DNA of 64,000 nt from Candidatus Dormiibacterota bacterium (GTDB taxonomy: Archaea; Thermoproteota; Bathyarchaeia; 40CM-2-53-6). Below are positions 28,211-38,550 of this stretch, one piece after another. Each line of letters starts with the position of its first letter. The stretch's first letter is position 1. A model generated the notes under the pieces. It did no database searches. It was not told the DNA's origin and worked only from the letters and a program-made list of their open reading frames with translations. The translations under genes and the position numbers were made by a program. The stretch covers positions 4,855-68,854 of the forward strand of contig DASPWZ010000012.1 in assembly GCA_035637535.1 (NCBI GenBank), given 5' to 3'.

Positions 28211-29386
28211 ATGGCTCTGCCACTCAAGGGTCTACGGGTCATTGATCTGACCAAGGATTTCGCGGGACCTTTCTGCACCATGATACTTTCAGACCTGGGC
28301 GCGGAAGTTATCAAGGTCGAGAAGCCTGGGTCCGGCGACGAGACTCGTGCCTGGGGACCGCCGTTCGTCAAGGGACTCAGCTATTATTTTCTTAGTCTCA
28401 ATCGTGGAAAGAGGAGCATCACGCTCGACCTCAGTAACACCGGAGCTCAGAAAGTAATCCGACAGCTAGTGCAGGATTCAGATATTTTGGTGGAGAGCTT
28501 CCGTCCAGGCAAACTGGCTCAGTACAGCCTCGACTACCCGAGACTACGGCGGATGAACAAGGCCCTCGTATATTGTTCTATCTCAGGATTCGGACAGACG
28601 GGCCCCTATCGCGATCGACCAGGGTATGATCTCGTGGCGTTTGCGATGAGCGGGATCATGAGCACCACAGGTGAGGAGGGTCGTCCATCTGTCAGAGTTA
28701 GCATTCCTGTTGCAGACATAGCAGCAGGCCATTACGCATCAACAGCAATCCTCGCCTATCTCTCCCGCCGCTTAGTGACGGGAAGAGGAGGGTACATTGA
28801 CATCTCCCTCTTCGACTCGATCGTTTCCTGGCTGAGCTATCTCGCAACCTACTACTTCGCGACCGGAAAAGAACCTAAAAGAATGGGTTCAGCTCACCCT
28901 AGTATTGTTCCTTACCAAGCATTCAACTGCAAAGACAAGGAACTCATCATAGCAGTGGGTAATGACTCACAATGGCAAGCGCTCTGTCGCACTCTTGAAC
29001 TAGAGAGATTGCTAAAGCAGAAACGGTTCAACACTAACCCAGATCGAGTGCGCAACAGGACCCAGCTAATCCCGATATTGTCAAGACGCCTCCAAGCTAA
29101 GACTGCATCCTACTGGAGCAGAACTCTGAATAAGAACGGAGTTCCGTCAGCGCCAGTCTACAAAATAGCAGAAACGGTCAGAGACCCACAGATCAACCAT
29201 AGGGGTCTCTTCAAATCCAGAGGATCCGATATTCCAGAGCTAATTTCACCAATACGATTAGTTAGAGACCACGGAGGTTTCTCACATCCAGCCCCACGAT
29301 TGGGCCAAGATACTCGAGAGGTACTTCAAGAGCTTGGATATTCTCAAGCGTCGATCAAGAAACTAGCAGATGACAAAGCCACCTAA
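28211..29386 (+). CDS. Family III CoA-transferase (CaiB/BaiF type)
   Basis: LKGLRVIDLT..FAGPFCTMILSDLGAEVIKVE.P..GDETR N-terminal signature. Length is about 390 aa. Confidence 0.85.
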   Translation: MALPLKGLRVIDLTKDFAGPFCTMILSDLGAEVIKVEKPGSGDETRAWGPPFVKGLSYYFLSLNRGKRSITLDLSNTGAQKVIRQLVQDSDILVESFRPGKLAQYSLDYPRLRRMNKALVYCSISGFGQTGPYRDRPGYDLVAFAMSGIMSTTGEEGRPSVRVSIPVADIAAGHYASTAILAYLSRRLVTGRGGYIDISLFDSIVSWLSYLATYYFATGKEPKRMGSAHPSIVPYQAFNCKDKELIIAVGNDSQWQALCRTLELERLLKQKRFNTNPDRVRNRTQLIPILSRRLQAKTASYWSRTLNKNGVPSAPVYKIAETVRDPQINHRGLFKSRGSDIPELISPIRLVRDHGGFSHPAPRLGQDTREVLQELGYSQASIKKLADDKAT

Positions 29387-29400
29387 TCGTCACCAGCATC

Positions 29401-30168
29401 CTACACCAGAAGCCCTTTCGCGGCAGTTCTGAAAGCGGTCAATCCAACTCCTCTGAGACGATTCCCAATCTTCGCGATGACTCCTGGTGCGTCCGTGTCA
29501 AGCTTGCAGACCAGACACTGCACCAAGAGCGATAGTGTCTCGATCTTGATAACATCCAATCCAAGATTTGCAGATTGCACAACTTTCTCAGCATAGTCTC
29601 GGTCAATGCCAACAGCGATCACCCGATCGAAAAGCAGCTTATTCCACCACAGAAGCTGGTCACGGGTCCTGTCAGCTAGTTCGACAGTTACGTTCTCTCC
29701 CTGAAGCTCTGTGACAATAACATTGACTGGAAAATAATCTGCAAGTGCCATCTCCTGCAGAATCTCCCGCGAAGATTTCGAGGCACCATCTGATAGTTGA
29801 GCCCTCATTCTGTGCAGAGGATAGAGCGCATCTTTACGCGTGGGCTCAAGGATTCCTATGTCGACGTAGACACCGAAACCCACCCGTCCTGATCCGGTGA
29901 TGAATCCTTTGTGAACGTCCCAGCGTTCCACCTTTGAACGGCGTACTGGTGCTTCTCCAAACATTTTCCTTAGAAGATTGAGAAATGTCTCAGCATCCTC
30001 TCCTCTCGCCCGGACCTGCAGCCACTGTTGTGGTGCCGCGATCTCCCAGTCGACCCTCAGACCTTGAGCCTCTCTCGAGAGAACATTCCAGACCGGCTTG
30101 GGTCCCCGGTTCAGAACTGGTTCAGGAATCTTCTCGGCAAGGGTTGCGGTCTGCCAACCCTCAGCCAA
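29401..30168 (-). CDS. Conserved hypothetical protein immediately downstream of tfe (possibly DUF2110-like)
   Basis: 255 aa, 19-nt gap after tfe on the same strand. The family name is from memory of archaeal tfe neighbourhoods and is not verified. Confidence 0.45.
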   Translation of the reverse strand: MAEGWQTATLAEKIPEPVLNRGPKPVWNVLSREAQGLRVDWEIAAPQQWLQVRARGEDAETFLNLLRKMFGEAPVRRSKVERWDVHKGFITGSGRVGFGVYVDIGILEPTRKDALYPLHRMRAQLSDGASKSSREILQEMALADYFPVNVIVTELQGENVTVELADRTRDQLLWWNKLLFDRVIAVGIDRDYAEKVVQSANLGLDVIKIETLSLLVQCLVCKLDTDAPGVIAKIGNRLRGVGLTAFRTAAKGLLV

Positions 30169-30187
30169 GACTATTACTCTCTAGGGA

Positions 30188-30724
30188 TCAGATTTTTCCG
30201 GTGACGAAAGCCGCTGGGCGGTCGGAAAGCTCCGACTCCAGCTTCCGCGAAAGATCCTCTAGCAGCTGTATGGTCTTACGGTTATCATCACTCACCATTT
30301 GTCCGTTGCAACCACTACATCGGAAAGCGGACTCCATCGCGTCCTCAAACGTCACTCGAACGTTCAAGCATTCTTTGCACATGAAGAAGCTATGACCCTT
30401 CTCAAACTCTAGCCTTGTCCGCAGGGTCTCTAGAGCCTTCTTCTTCCGGCTCCGGACGAACGCGTCTAGCTGGTCTGGCTGGAGCTTCCAGTGATAGATG
30501 AACCATCCAGTCTTCTCATCCCTCGACCGCTGACAGGTCACCAAGGCATGGTCATAGAGCTTGTAGAGAACCTTCCGGGCGGTGTTCAGACGGACGTTAG
30601 CCTGGGTCGCGATAACATCGTCGGTGGTTGTCCCGGCTTGGGCTAGGGCCTTGACCACGTTGATGGCCTCCTCTCCCCCGAAGAAGCTGGCCAGACGAGC
30701 AAGATCATCATGATGGTTCCCCAT
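30188..30724 (-). CDS. tfe: Transcription factor E, alpha subunit
   Basis: An N-terminal winged helix (TDDVIATQANVRLNTARKVLYKLYDHALV) followed by a zinc ribbon (CKECLNVRVTFEDA...FRCSGCNG). Confidence 0.8.
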   Translation of the reverse strand: MGNHHDDLARLASFFGGEEAINVVKALAQAGTTTDDVIATQANVRLNTARKVLYKLYDHALVTCQRSRDEKTGWFIYHWKLQPDQLDAFVRSRKKKALETLRTRLEFEKGHSFFMCKECLNVRVTFEDAMESAFRCSGCNGQMVSDDNRKTIQLLEDLSRKLESELSDRPAAFVTGKI

Positions 30725-30805
30725 AATCTCTGATACCCTCGATACACCCTATATTGTGCGCTTCTCCAATTTAATGTATTACCCTAACAGACCGACCCGC
30801 TAGCA

Positions 30806-31342
30806 TTGGCGAGAATATTCATTCTCAGAATAGGCCACCGGGTCTTCAGGGACTCACGAGTAACCACACACGTCTGCCTCACGGCTCGAGCTCTAGGCGC
30901 CGACGGAGTCATAATTGCGGACCAAGAGGACAAGGTTGTGGAATCCACAATTCGAGATGTGACAAACAGGTTCGGGGGACCCTTCGATGTCCAGAGCGGA
31001 AAACCGTGGAAACAGGCTGTCCGAGAATGGAGAGCCATTGGAGGACGAATCGTCCACCTGACAGCCTATGGACTACCACTACCGAAAACACTGCCAGAAA
31101 TCCAAGACACAGACAAGGATCTTCTCGTAGTCGTCGGATCTGAGAAGATGCCGGGAGAGATCTTCAAACTGGCCGACTGGAATGTGTCAGTTACCAGCCA
31201 GCCCATGAGCGAAGTGGCTGCATTAGCCATATTCTTAGACTGGTTCAAGCAACACCGAGAATTTGAACACGAGTTTTCGAAAGCTCAAGTCCAGATTGTC
31301 CCGTCGAGAAGCGGAAAGGAGATCCAAACACTCTCCGCCTGA
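30806..31342 (+). CDS. tRNA (cytidine56-2'-O)-methyltransferase aTrm56 (SPOUT)
   Basis: LRIGHRVFRDSRVTTHVCLTARALGADGVIIAD matches the aTrm56 N-terminal signature. Confidence 0.8.
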   Translation: MARIFILRIGHRVFRDSRVTTHVCLTARALGADGVIIADQEDKVVESTIRDVTNRFGGPFDVQSGKPWKQAVREWRAIGGRIVHLTAYGLPLPKTLPEIQDTDKDLLVVVGSEKMPGEIFKLADWNVSVTSQPMSEVAALAIFLDWFKQHREFEHEFSKAQVQIVPSRSGKEIQTLSA

Positions 31343-31387
31343 AATACTACCGGCACGAGATCGCTAAGCGATGGCTCAGGTTTTGAA

Positions 31388-31597
31388 TTAGACTCCTTGA
31401 CCCCAGAACCCGACGATTGCGACAGATAGATCGTGACATTCTCTTAACAGCTTTTCCACCTTCTTACTCCCCGAATGATGAGTCAATTCTCCGGCCGAAA
31501 TCTCGGAAACGTTTCTTAGCTTCCCGACAAGTTCGCGGAATTCCTCAAAGATCAAACCCGGAGAAGAAGAGACTGGCTTGACTGCTGGTTTTGGCAT
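31388..31597 (-). CDS. Small hypothetical protein
   Basis: 69-aa ORF with ATG start that fills an otherwise empty gap. Support is weak. Confidence 0.25.
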   Translation of the reverse strand: MPKPAVKPVSSSPGLIFEEFRELVGKLRNVSEISAGELTHHSGSKKVEKLLRECHDLSVAIVGFWGQGV

Positions 31598-31734
31598 AGT
31601 GTCGTCCTAGAGAAAATTCGCAATTTAGTGCATGCCGTTACTGGAGAACTACCGTAACAGAAAAGGCCCTACAAACAATCGAAAAGGTTGAGCAATCAAC
31701 TAATTGGATTCGTTCACTAGACACCGCTAGGCGG

Positions 31735-32241
31735 TTATTCGTCAATGTCTTGCTTGTGCTTCACTAGGGCCACGTCGCCCAAAGTGACTACAGGAGGCGG
31801 CGAAGCCTTGCGAGGTGGAGAGGGAAGCTCAAGCTCTTCCCGTGGAACAAGCAGTCTGACTCTGAGAATATGCTCCAGTTCCTTCGAGAGTCTCATCGTC
31901 GGCAGCATCTTGCCAATCTCGATCTTCTGAATAACCGTCAGCTTCTCCTTCGCCTTGAAGGCAAGGTCTTGTTGAGAGATTCCCAGTTTCTCCCTACCCT
32001 CTTTGATGACTCGAGAATATTCCTCGATAAGATCAGACTCTTCGACAGCTTTTGGCAGCCTCTCGATTGGTGCGTGTGTATGTGACGGTGCTATCATTGG
32101 GCGGCGAGGGGGTCTATCGGAAAAACTGGGCAGTCTGGTGCCAATGCTCGAGCATTGTTGGCACACGATGAGGGTTGCTCCTTCCACTAGCGATCTTCCA
32201 GGTTTGCCGACGATCTCGTGTCCACAAATCTCACAGAACAA
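31735..32241 (-). CDS. Archaeal multiprotein-bridging factor 1 (aMBF1; Zn-ribbon + XRE HTH)
   Basis: An N-terminal CEICG...CQQC zinc ribbon and a C-terminal HTH (LGISQQDLAFKAKEKLTVIQKIEIGK). Confidence 0.8.
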   Translation of the reverse strand: MFCEICGHEIVGKPGRSLVEGATLIVCQQCSSIGTRLPSFSDRPPRRPMIAPSHTHAPIERLPKAVEESDLIEEYSRVIKEGREKLGISQQDLAFKAKEKLTVIQKIEIGKMLPTMRLSKELEHILRVRLLVPREELELPSPPRKASPPPVVTLGDVALVKHKQDIDE

Positions 32242-32313
32242 GGTTCAGGATACCTCTAGGCGAGAACGTTAGAAATAGGCTCTCAGGATGCTTATGTAGG
32301 TATCGGATTTAGA

Positions 32314-32799
32314 ATGCCCCTCCAGCTCGTAAAACCCCGTCTTCACGAGCTGAGAAGAATAAGGGTCGTGGCCAACTACCAGTTTGGCAAGGGCGCAAGC
32401 AAAGCTTTTCCGAAAACCATCTTGATAACACGGTCCCCTAACACTCACAGAATCCGACACATCTACAATGACAGCGAACTACTAGCAACCTATCGACCAA
32501 AGGACGGATTGCTCGCATTATCGACCCCTGGAGGACAGGCCCTCCGAGGTATCTTCAAACCACCGAGACTCAGGGTCGAGGTCGTCCCTGGGATCGAGGA
32601 GTTCATCAAGAAGGGAGGTAACGTGTTCTGCAAACACGTTCAACAGGTCGATCCGGAACTTCGCCCCGCAGAGGAAGTTCTCGTAGTCGACGAGAAGGAT
32701 CGCCTGCTGGCAGTCGGCAGGAGCTTCTTCAACGCAGAAGAAATGCTCAGCTTCAAAATTGGCGTAGCGGTAAAAGTTCGACATGGAGTTGAAAGCTGA
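32314..32799 (+). CDS. PUA-domain RNA-binding protein
   Basis: The C-terminal VLVVDEKDRLLAVGRSFFNAEEM...GVAVKVRHG is PUA-like. An N-terminal pre-PUA region is also present. Confidence 0.6.
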   Translation: MPLQLVKPRLHELRRIRVVANYQFGKGASKAFPKTILITRSPNTHRIRHIYNDSELLATYRPKDGLLALSTPGGQALRGIFKPPRLRVEVVPGIEEFIKKGGNVFCKHVQQVDPELRPAEEVLVVDEKDRLLAVGRSFFNAEEMLSFKIGVAVKVRHGVES

Positions 32800-32842
32800 T
32801 AGACTTAACAATCAGCAACTAAAGACGGTTGATAGTTTCACC

Positions 32843-33193
32843 ATGCAACGCCGAATCAATCCTAGAGAAGCGAACCGAATGATGCAGCGCATGGGCATGC
32901 AGGTCAAACAGGTAGATGAGGTGACCAGAGTCATTATTGAGTCCGCTTCAAAGAGAATAGTAATCGATAATCCTGAAGTTGCGATCGTTACTGTTCAAGG
33001 ACAGACAGTCTATCAAGTCGGTGGAGGAACAGCAAGAGAGGAAGGTCCTGGCGGAGAATCTGCACAGGAAGATGCAAAGCTCGTCGCCTCACAAGCGGAA
33101 GTATCCGTAGAAGAGGCTGCTAAAGCTCTCCTCCAATCTGGAGGCGATCTAGCTCAAGCCATTATCATTCTTAAGCAGAAGAAAACCTCCTGA
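32843..33193 (+). CDS. Nascent polypeptide-associated complex protein (NAC alpha homologue)
   Basis: The internal ATG gives MQRRINPREANRMMQRMGMQ..., followed by a NAC beta-barrel and a C-terminal UBA-like AKALLQSGGDLAQAII. Confidence 0.8.
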   Translation: MQRRINPREANRMMQRMGMQVKQVDEVTRVIIESASKRIVIDNPEVAIVTVQGQTVYQVGGGTAREEGPGGESAQEDAKLVASQAEVSVEEAAKALLQSGGDLAQAIIILKQKKTS

Positions 33194-33206
33194 GCTATTC
33201 CCGTCT

Positions 33207-33698
33207 TTGACGATACAAGCGACCCTCTGCTTCATACTCAAAGACAACGAGGTTTTGCTGCTCAAGAAATCCAAAGGACTCTTCGGCCAGGGAAAATGGA
33301 ATGCCCCAGGAGGCAAGATACTGTCTAATGAAGAACCCGAAGCATGTGCTGCTAGAGAGGTCTTCGAAGAGACCGAACTCATGGTAGACAACTTAGAACA
33401 AGTCGGCCTCCTATATTTCTACAAGAACGGCCAACACGAGAGTCCTGACTGGACTGTCCATGCGTTCGTAGCGCGCCAATTCGAGGGAATACCAATGGAT
33501 GGACGAGAAGGCCGGCTCAAATGGTTCAATGTCGATGCTCTACCCTTCGAGGAGATGTGGGAAGACGATCAATATTGGTGCAGACTAGCACTTGAAGGGT
33601 CCAGACTTGAGGGATGGTTCTACTTCTCAGGCGACTTCGAGAAACTAATCGATCATAGGATAGAAGTCAAGCCGCCCCCAAATCAAGTCGAAGTCTGA
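33207..33698 (+). CDS. NUDIX hydrolase (MutT-like)
   Basis: Nudix box GKWNAPGGKILSNEEPEACAAREVFEETEL. Confidence 0.8.
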   Translation: MTIQATLCFILKDNEVLLLKKSKGLFGQGKWNAPGGKILSNEEPEACAAREVFEETELMVDNLEQVGLLYFYKNGQHESPDWTVHAFVARQFEGIPMDGREGRLKWFNVDALPFEEMWEDDQYWCRLALEGSRLEGWFYFSGDFEKLIDHRIEVKPPPNQVEV

Positions 33699-33765
33699 AA
33701 CTGGCTGCTCTAGGGTCTCTCAGGCTTTAAGACCCAAAGCAGACCCGGAACATGGCAAGAGAAGA

Positions 33766-35295
33766 TTGAAGCTCATAGAGTGCGTGCCAAACTTCAGCGA
33801 AGGACGAAGACAAGAAGTAATCAACTCAATCGCAGATGCCATCAGATCAACTCCGGGCGTCAACCTGCTAGATGTAGAATCGAACCCGGACCACAATCGC
33901 TCGGTGATAAGCTTCGTCGGTGAACCCGGTCCTGTAAAACAAGCCGCGCTTGCTGGATCAGCAAAGGCTGTTGAGCTCATTGACCTCACGAAACACAAGG
34001 GTGAGCATCCTCGGATGGGGGCGGTAGACGTCGTCCCGTTCGTACCCTTGTCTGGGTCGACGATGGACGATTGCTTAGCCCTAGCGAAAGATTTCGGCAG
34101 AGAATTCGCGGAGCGATTTCACATTCCAGTCTTCCTGTACGAGGAAGCTGCCTCGACACCTGAAAGACGAAACCTTGCAGATGTGAGAGCAGGCGAATTC
34201 GAAGGACTCCGCGACAAAATAGGCAGGGACCCAACCAAGAAGCCTGACCTTGGCCCCGACAAGATTCATCCAACTGCAGGAGCCACCGCAGTGGGTGCGC
34301 GGGAAATACTGATCGCCTACAATGTTAACCTCGGGACAAACGATCTTGCAATCGCGAAGAAGATTGCGCACCAGCTTCGGGCGAAGGACGGCGGTCTCGC
34401 CTACGTCAAGGCTCTCGGCTTCGAACTGAAAGAACGTGGAATTGTCCAAGTCTCAATGAACATGACAGATTATCGCAAGAGCCAGCTCTTCAAAGCCGAA
34501 GAGCTCGTCAAGCTTTTCTCCGAGAGATATGGTGTCCCGGTGGTTGGGAGCGAGATCGTAGGACTCGTGCCGATGGACGCCCTAGTTGATTCAGCCGAAT
34601 TCTATCTGAAACTAGAGAATTTCAGCCGCGAACAAATTTTGGAGAAGCGACTATTCGCCCCCAGCCCTTCGGGCCTTACAGAGGTGAGCCTTTCACGTTT
34701 CTCGGAAGAAGTTGCTTCAAAGAAAGCGACGCCGGGAGGGGGGAGTGTCTCAGCCTATATGGGTGCACTTGCGGCGGGACTCGTCTGCATGGTTGCGAGA
34801 ATAACATTAGCCAAGAAGGACACGGCGCAAGATAGCGAACGGCTGCAGGAGGTTGTTCGTAAGGGAGAGGATCTTCGCCAGAGGTTCTTGGGACTGGTTG
34901 TCGAGGACGCTGAATCCTTCAATACTGTTATGCAGGCGTTCAAGTTGCCCAAAGACCAGCCAGACGTTCGAAGAAAAGCGATTCAAGAAGCTACTGTCAA
35001 AGCGGCCGAAGTGCCTCTACGAACGCTTGACTCTTCTGTCGGGATTCTACGCCTCGGGGGAGATGTCGCGAAATATGGCACGGCCAATGCGCTCTCTGAC
35101 GTTACGACATCAGTGGCCGCAGCACGAGCTGCAATTGAAGGAGCCGCCAGCAATGTGCTAATCAACCTAGACACGCTCGACGACCAACATTTCGTAGACA
35201 AGACCCGTTTGCGAGTTTCCGAGCTCAGAAAGGACGGACTACAATTGGAGCAACGAATTCAGGAACTTGTGACGTCTCGTTCTCGCAAGAACTAG
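33766..35295 (+). CDS. Bifunctional glutamate formimidoyltransferase / formiminotetrahydrofolate cyclodeaminase (FTCD-like fusion)
   Basis: N-terminal hallmark MKLIECVPNFSEGRR. The C-terminal about 190 aa carry GGGSVSAYMGALAAGLVCMVARIT (cyclodeaminase). Confidence 0.8.
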   Translation: MKLIECVPNFSEGRRQEVINSIADAIRSTPGVNLLDVESNPDHNRSVISFVGEPGPVKQAALAGSAKAVELIDLTKHKGEHPRMGAVDVVPFVPLSGSTMDDCLALAKDFGREFAERFHIPVFLYEEAASTPERRNLADVRAGEFEGLRDKIGRDPTKKPDLGPDKIHPTAGATAVGAREILIAYNVNLGTNDLAIAKKIAHQLRAKDGGLAYVKALGFELKERGIVQVSMNMTDYRKSQLFKAEELVKLFSERYGVPVVGSEIVGLVPMDALVDSAEFYLKLENFSREQILEKRLFAPSPSGLTEVSLSRFSEEVASKKATPGGGSVSAYMGALAAGLVCMVARITLAKKDTAQDSERLQEVVRKGEDLRQRFLGLVVEDAESFNTVMQAFKLPKDQPDVRRKAIQEATVKAAEVPLRTLDSSVGILRLGGDVAKYGTANALSDVTTSVAAARAAIEGAASNVLINLDTLDDQHFVDKTRLRVSELRKDGLQLEQRIQELVTSRSRKN

Positions 35296-35296
35296 G

Positions 35297-35650
35297 TTAG
35301 GCGTCCAACTGAATTAGTCCCGTCTTCTTGTCAGCCCAAACCATCAGGGGTGCAACAAGCATTGTCAACTCTCTCCCCTCTCGGGTCAGAAAATACTCGA
35401 CCCGTGGAGGAATTTCCTGATAAGCTACGCGTTTCACAAGTCCGTTTCGTTGCAGATCTTTCAGCACATCGCTCAGGGTCTTCGCGCTTATGCCCGGAAG
35501 CTTCTGAGCCAGATGGTTGAACCGCAATGTTCCCTCGTTTCCAAGTTGAGCCAAGGCACATAGTACCCATTTCTTCCCGATAACATCAACGAGCCCCTCG
35601 CACGGGCAAGGACAAATGCAACAGGGTTCCCCTTCCTTCTGTCTAACCAT
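35297..35650 (-). CDS. HxlR-family winged-helix transcriptional regulator with Cys-rich N-terminus
   Basis: DVIGKKWVL..L......RFN.L.......ISAKTLSDVLKDLQRNGLVKR...EIPPRVEY.LT..G. The N-terminus reads PCCICPCPCEG. Confidence 0.8.
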   Translation of the reverse strand: MVRQKEGEPCCICPCPCEGLVDVIGKKWVLCALAQLGNEGTLRFNHLAQKLPGISAKTLSDVLKDLQRNGLVKRVAYQEIPPRVEYFLTREGRELTMLVAPLMVWADKKTGLIQLDA

Positions 35651-36022
35651 TTCGTTACCTAGTTACCATAAGGGAACTTCCCCAGTTAAATACTTCACTT
35701 TTGTAACTAACTTACCGAGGTGAAGCGCGAATGGGATGTTGCTGCTGTGGATGTTGTGGACCCGGATGTTGCACGAGCGACCGGCCAACCGAGAAACCGC
35801 AAACAAGTTAAATCCCTCAACAGGTGGAGGCGTAGTCTCTTCACTCTCCATTTTTCTTCGCCTAAGTTAAGAGTTCGAAAAGATCAGACTACGTCTCCAA
35901 CAACACACTCTGATCCAAATATTGTGGCAGCTGTTCGAGTTGCCGGGCTCGCTTGGGCTCGTAGAACGTGGAAACGTATGTGCTAGAGAAGAATATTCAG
36001 GACCTTCAGTATCCGCTAAGCT

Positions 36023-36529
36023 CTAGTTGACTGTCACTGTAAACGAGAAAGACCCGACATCGGCGGGATTACTATTCGCGCAGATTGCTATCGACCATTG
36101 TGCAACGCCGCCCGCACCTAATGTACCGCCGGTAGGTCCGCCCGCGACGGCATATCCGAGGTTGTTCGTCGACAATAGCGGTACAGGGCATCCTGCCGCA
36201 ATTGTTGTCCCACCGCTTCCGGTTATTGTCACGCTAGCCGCGTCGTTGCCAGTGCCCGTGTTCTCTTCGCACATGTACTGAGTCTGCTGGCCGCCAGTCG
36301 AGATGTTCCAATTCTGAGTCGGAAGAGCGGTGCCACTCGTAGCGTAAGTGGGAGAGCCTGCTGCTGGACATGAGGGGAATTGGGTGGACTGCAATGGAGT
36401 CACTCCTACGTTCGCGCCCAAGTTTACCTTGACACTATTGTCGAAGACGATCTGCGTAGCAGCATATGCGAACGTGATGGTAATGAGAGCAAACGCCACT
36501 AACAATGGAATGTATCGTTTGTTAAACAT
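36023..36529 (-). CDS. Secreted Gly/Thr/Ala-rich protein, unknown family
   Basis: ATG start and a signal-like N-terminus (MFNKRYIPLLVAFALITITFAYA). The body has beta-rich composition. Confidence 0.5.
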   Translation of the reverse strand: MFNKRYIPLLVAFALITITFAYAATQIVFDNSVKVNLGANVGVTPLQSTQFPSCPAAGSPTYATSGTALPTQNWNISTGGQQTQYMCEENTGTGNDAASVTITGSGGTTIAAGCPVPLLSTNNLGYAVAGGPTGGTLGAGGVAQWSIAICANSNPADVGSFSFTVTVN

Positions 36530-36743
36530 CCTACTGACCCATACCTTTCCCTTACCTAAGGCGCGCGGATACCCGCAGGTATACTGCTCTACACTCTCTT
36601 AAAAGGATAGATCGACATACTGGGCACATTCTCATTCCTAATCAAAATGAATCAACATGAAGACCGGCATCAGCTACGCAGATCGCGTCTGTTTTCTTAG
36701 AACTCTTAAACAGGACCAGAAGGCCATTGCGTCGGCTCGTTCA

Positions 36744-37730
36744 ATGCAGTATACCCGTCTAGGCTCCACGGGAATGCAAGTCTCCCGAATTTGCCTCGGA
36801 ACCATGTCCCTCGGCAACTCGGAAGAATGGATGGTCGAGGATGACAAGGCGAGGCCTATAGTGAATCGTGCTCTAGACCTCGGCGTGAATTTCTTTGATA
36901 CAGCAAACGTGTACTCCAAGGGAAGGTCCGAAGAGATCGTTGGAGAGCTCTTGAAGGATCATCGAGACGATGTTGTCATAGCCACAAAGGTGAGACTGAG
37001 CACTGGCGAGGGACCGAACAGGGAAGGCCTCTCGCGATACCATATCATGGACCAGGCGAGAAAGAGTCTCAAACGACTGCAGACGGACAGAATCGACCTC
37101 TACCAGATTCACCGCTGGGACTATGCCACACCGATCGAAGAGACGCTCGTTGCGCTAACCGATCTCGTTCGAAAAGGAATGGTCAACTACATCGGCGCGT
37201 CGAGCATGTGGTCCTGGCAGTTTGCTAAAGCTCTCTTCACGAGCGACCGACTAGGCCTCGCCCGGTTCGTCTCGATGCAGAACCACTACAATCTTTGCTA
37301 TCGCGAGGAGGAGAGAGAGATGACTCCGTTCTGCGAGGACCAAGGAATAGCTCTGATTCCGTGGAGCCCCTTAGCCCGCGGCTTCCTCACAGGCAGATAC
37401 AAACGGGGAGGAAAAACAGATACTCCAAGGTACCGGTCTGACAAGTATTTCGCCGAGAGATTCTTCAGACCAGAAGATTTCGACGTTGTCGAACGTGCCG
37501 AAGAGATTGCAAAGGAGAAAGATGTGACCGTATCTCAAATTGCTCTGGCTTGGCTACTCCACAAAGGAGTCTGCGCTCCAATAATCGGAGCAACTAAAGT
37601 TGAGCATTTGGAAGATGCTGTCAGCTCGCTCGAAGTCAGGCTCTCGCCAGATGACATGAAAAGGCTAGAAGAACCCTACAAGCCTCATCGAATAATCGGT
37701 CCGCTACCTGTTCCGGAGTCCGGCAGCTAG
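36744..37730 (+). CDS. Aldo/keto reductase
   Basis: The internal ATG gives MQYTRLGSTGMQVSRICLGTM. FFDTANVYS.G.SEE and IDLYQIHRWD motifs are present. Confidence 0.85.
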   Translation: MQYTRLGSTGMQVSRICLGTMSLGNSEEWMVEDDKARPIVNRALDLGVNFFDTANVYSKGRSEEIVGELLKDHRDDVVIATKVRLSTGEGPNREGLSRYHIMDQARKSLKRLQTDRIDLYQIHRWDYATPIEETLVALTDLVRKGMVNYIGASSMWSWQFAKALFTSDRLGLARFVSMQNHYNLCYREEEREMTPFCEDQGIALIPWSPLARGFLTGRYKRGGKTDTPRYRSDKYFAERFFRPEDFDVVERAEEIAKEKDVTVSQIALAWLLHKGVCAPIIGATKVEHLEDAVSSLEVRLSPDDMKRLEEPYKPHRIIGPLPVPESGS

Positions 37731-38488
37731 GGTCTGGACCTTTCTGTCGCGGCAAAGTTTCGAAGCTGTGCAGGGTCCCAACCAACAACTTCGACAATTT
37801 CTCGACGACGAATTGTCTTCTCCGGATTCTCAGAATGAAGCCGTTGAATGATGCGATTGTTGACCTCTGTAGGAACGCCCCAAGACACTGAAGATTTCCT
37901 TTTGTCAAAGGAGTCTATCTCTTCGTGAACATCAACTTCTGCCCAGTAGTTGCCCACCAGTTTGATAATCGCGGGAGGTACCACTCGGCGGAGCCCGGCC
38001 TCGCCGTCATTGAATCGATCCAGAGGGTAACCCATCTCCTGCCTTAGCTCCAGATATCTCTGTCTCGGGCTGAACCCTTCCCCGCCCTCAACCTCTGCGA
38101 CTATTACCTTCCTCGTCACTCGCCCTACTTCGCCAACTACCTGAACCCAATCGCGAACAAGATGTAGCACATGAATCATGATCGCACCATCAAAGACCCT
38201 ATCTCGGAAAGGCAAGTGGTGGGCATCAGCTTGGACCAGGTCTCGGAGCCTCTTCTCCCTAGCCTTGGCCATCATGGATAGTGACACGTCAACACCCACA
38301 ATATTGAATCCTGAATCATTGAAGTACTCTGCAAAGCGGCCCGTCCCAATCCCGACATCGAGAATTGCTCTACAGCCAGCGAACAGTTCTTTCATCGTAT
38401 CCAAGAGCTTCTTCATTATCTCAGGTGGAACGCCGGACCATCTCGTGGCATCGTAAATGCCGGCTACACGGTCGAAAGAAACTGCCAA
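37727..38488 (-). CDS. Class I SAM-dependent methyltransferase
   Basis: Motif I ILDVGIGTGRF, followed by VGVDVS..M and FDGAIMIHVLHL. Confidence 0.75.
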   Translation of the reverse strand: MAVSFDRVAGIYDATRWSGVPPEIMKKLLDTMKELFAGCRAILDVGIGTGRFAEYFNDSGFNIVGVDVSLSMMAKAREKRLRDLVQADAHHLPFRDRVFDGAIMIHVLHLVRDWVQVVGEVGRVTRKVIVAEVEGGEGFSPRQRYLELRQEMGYPLDRFNDGEAGLRRVVPPAIIKLVGNYWAEVDVHEEIDSFDKRKSSVSWGVPTEVNNRIIQRLHSENPEKTIRRREIVEVVGWDPAQLRNFAATERSRP

Positions 38489-38550
38489 TCATAATCCTCT
38501 GAAAAGAAGAAATCGCATTGTCGGAAATTCGCAAGCTTCGGGACAGAGCC

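Noticed and set aside
30188-33193. The tight cluster tfe, aTrm56, aMBF1, PUA protein and NAC could be a novel system.
   Set aside because: These are widely conserved archaeal information-processing genes, so this is ordinary core-genome content.
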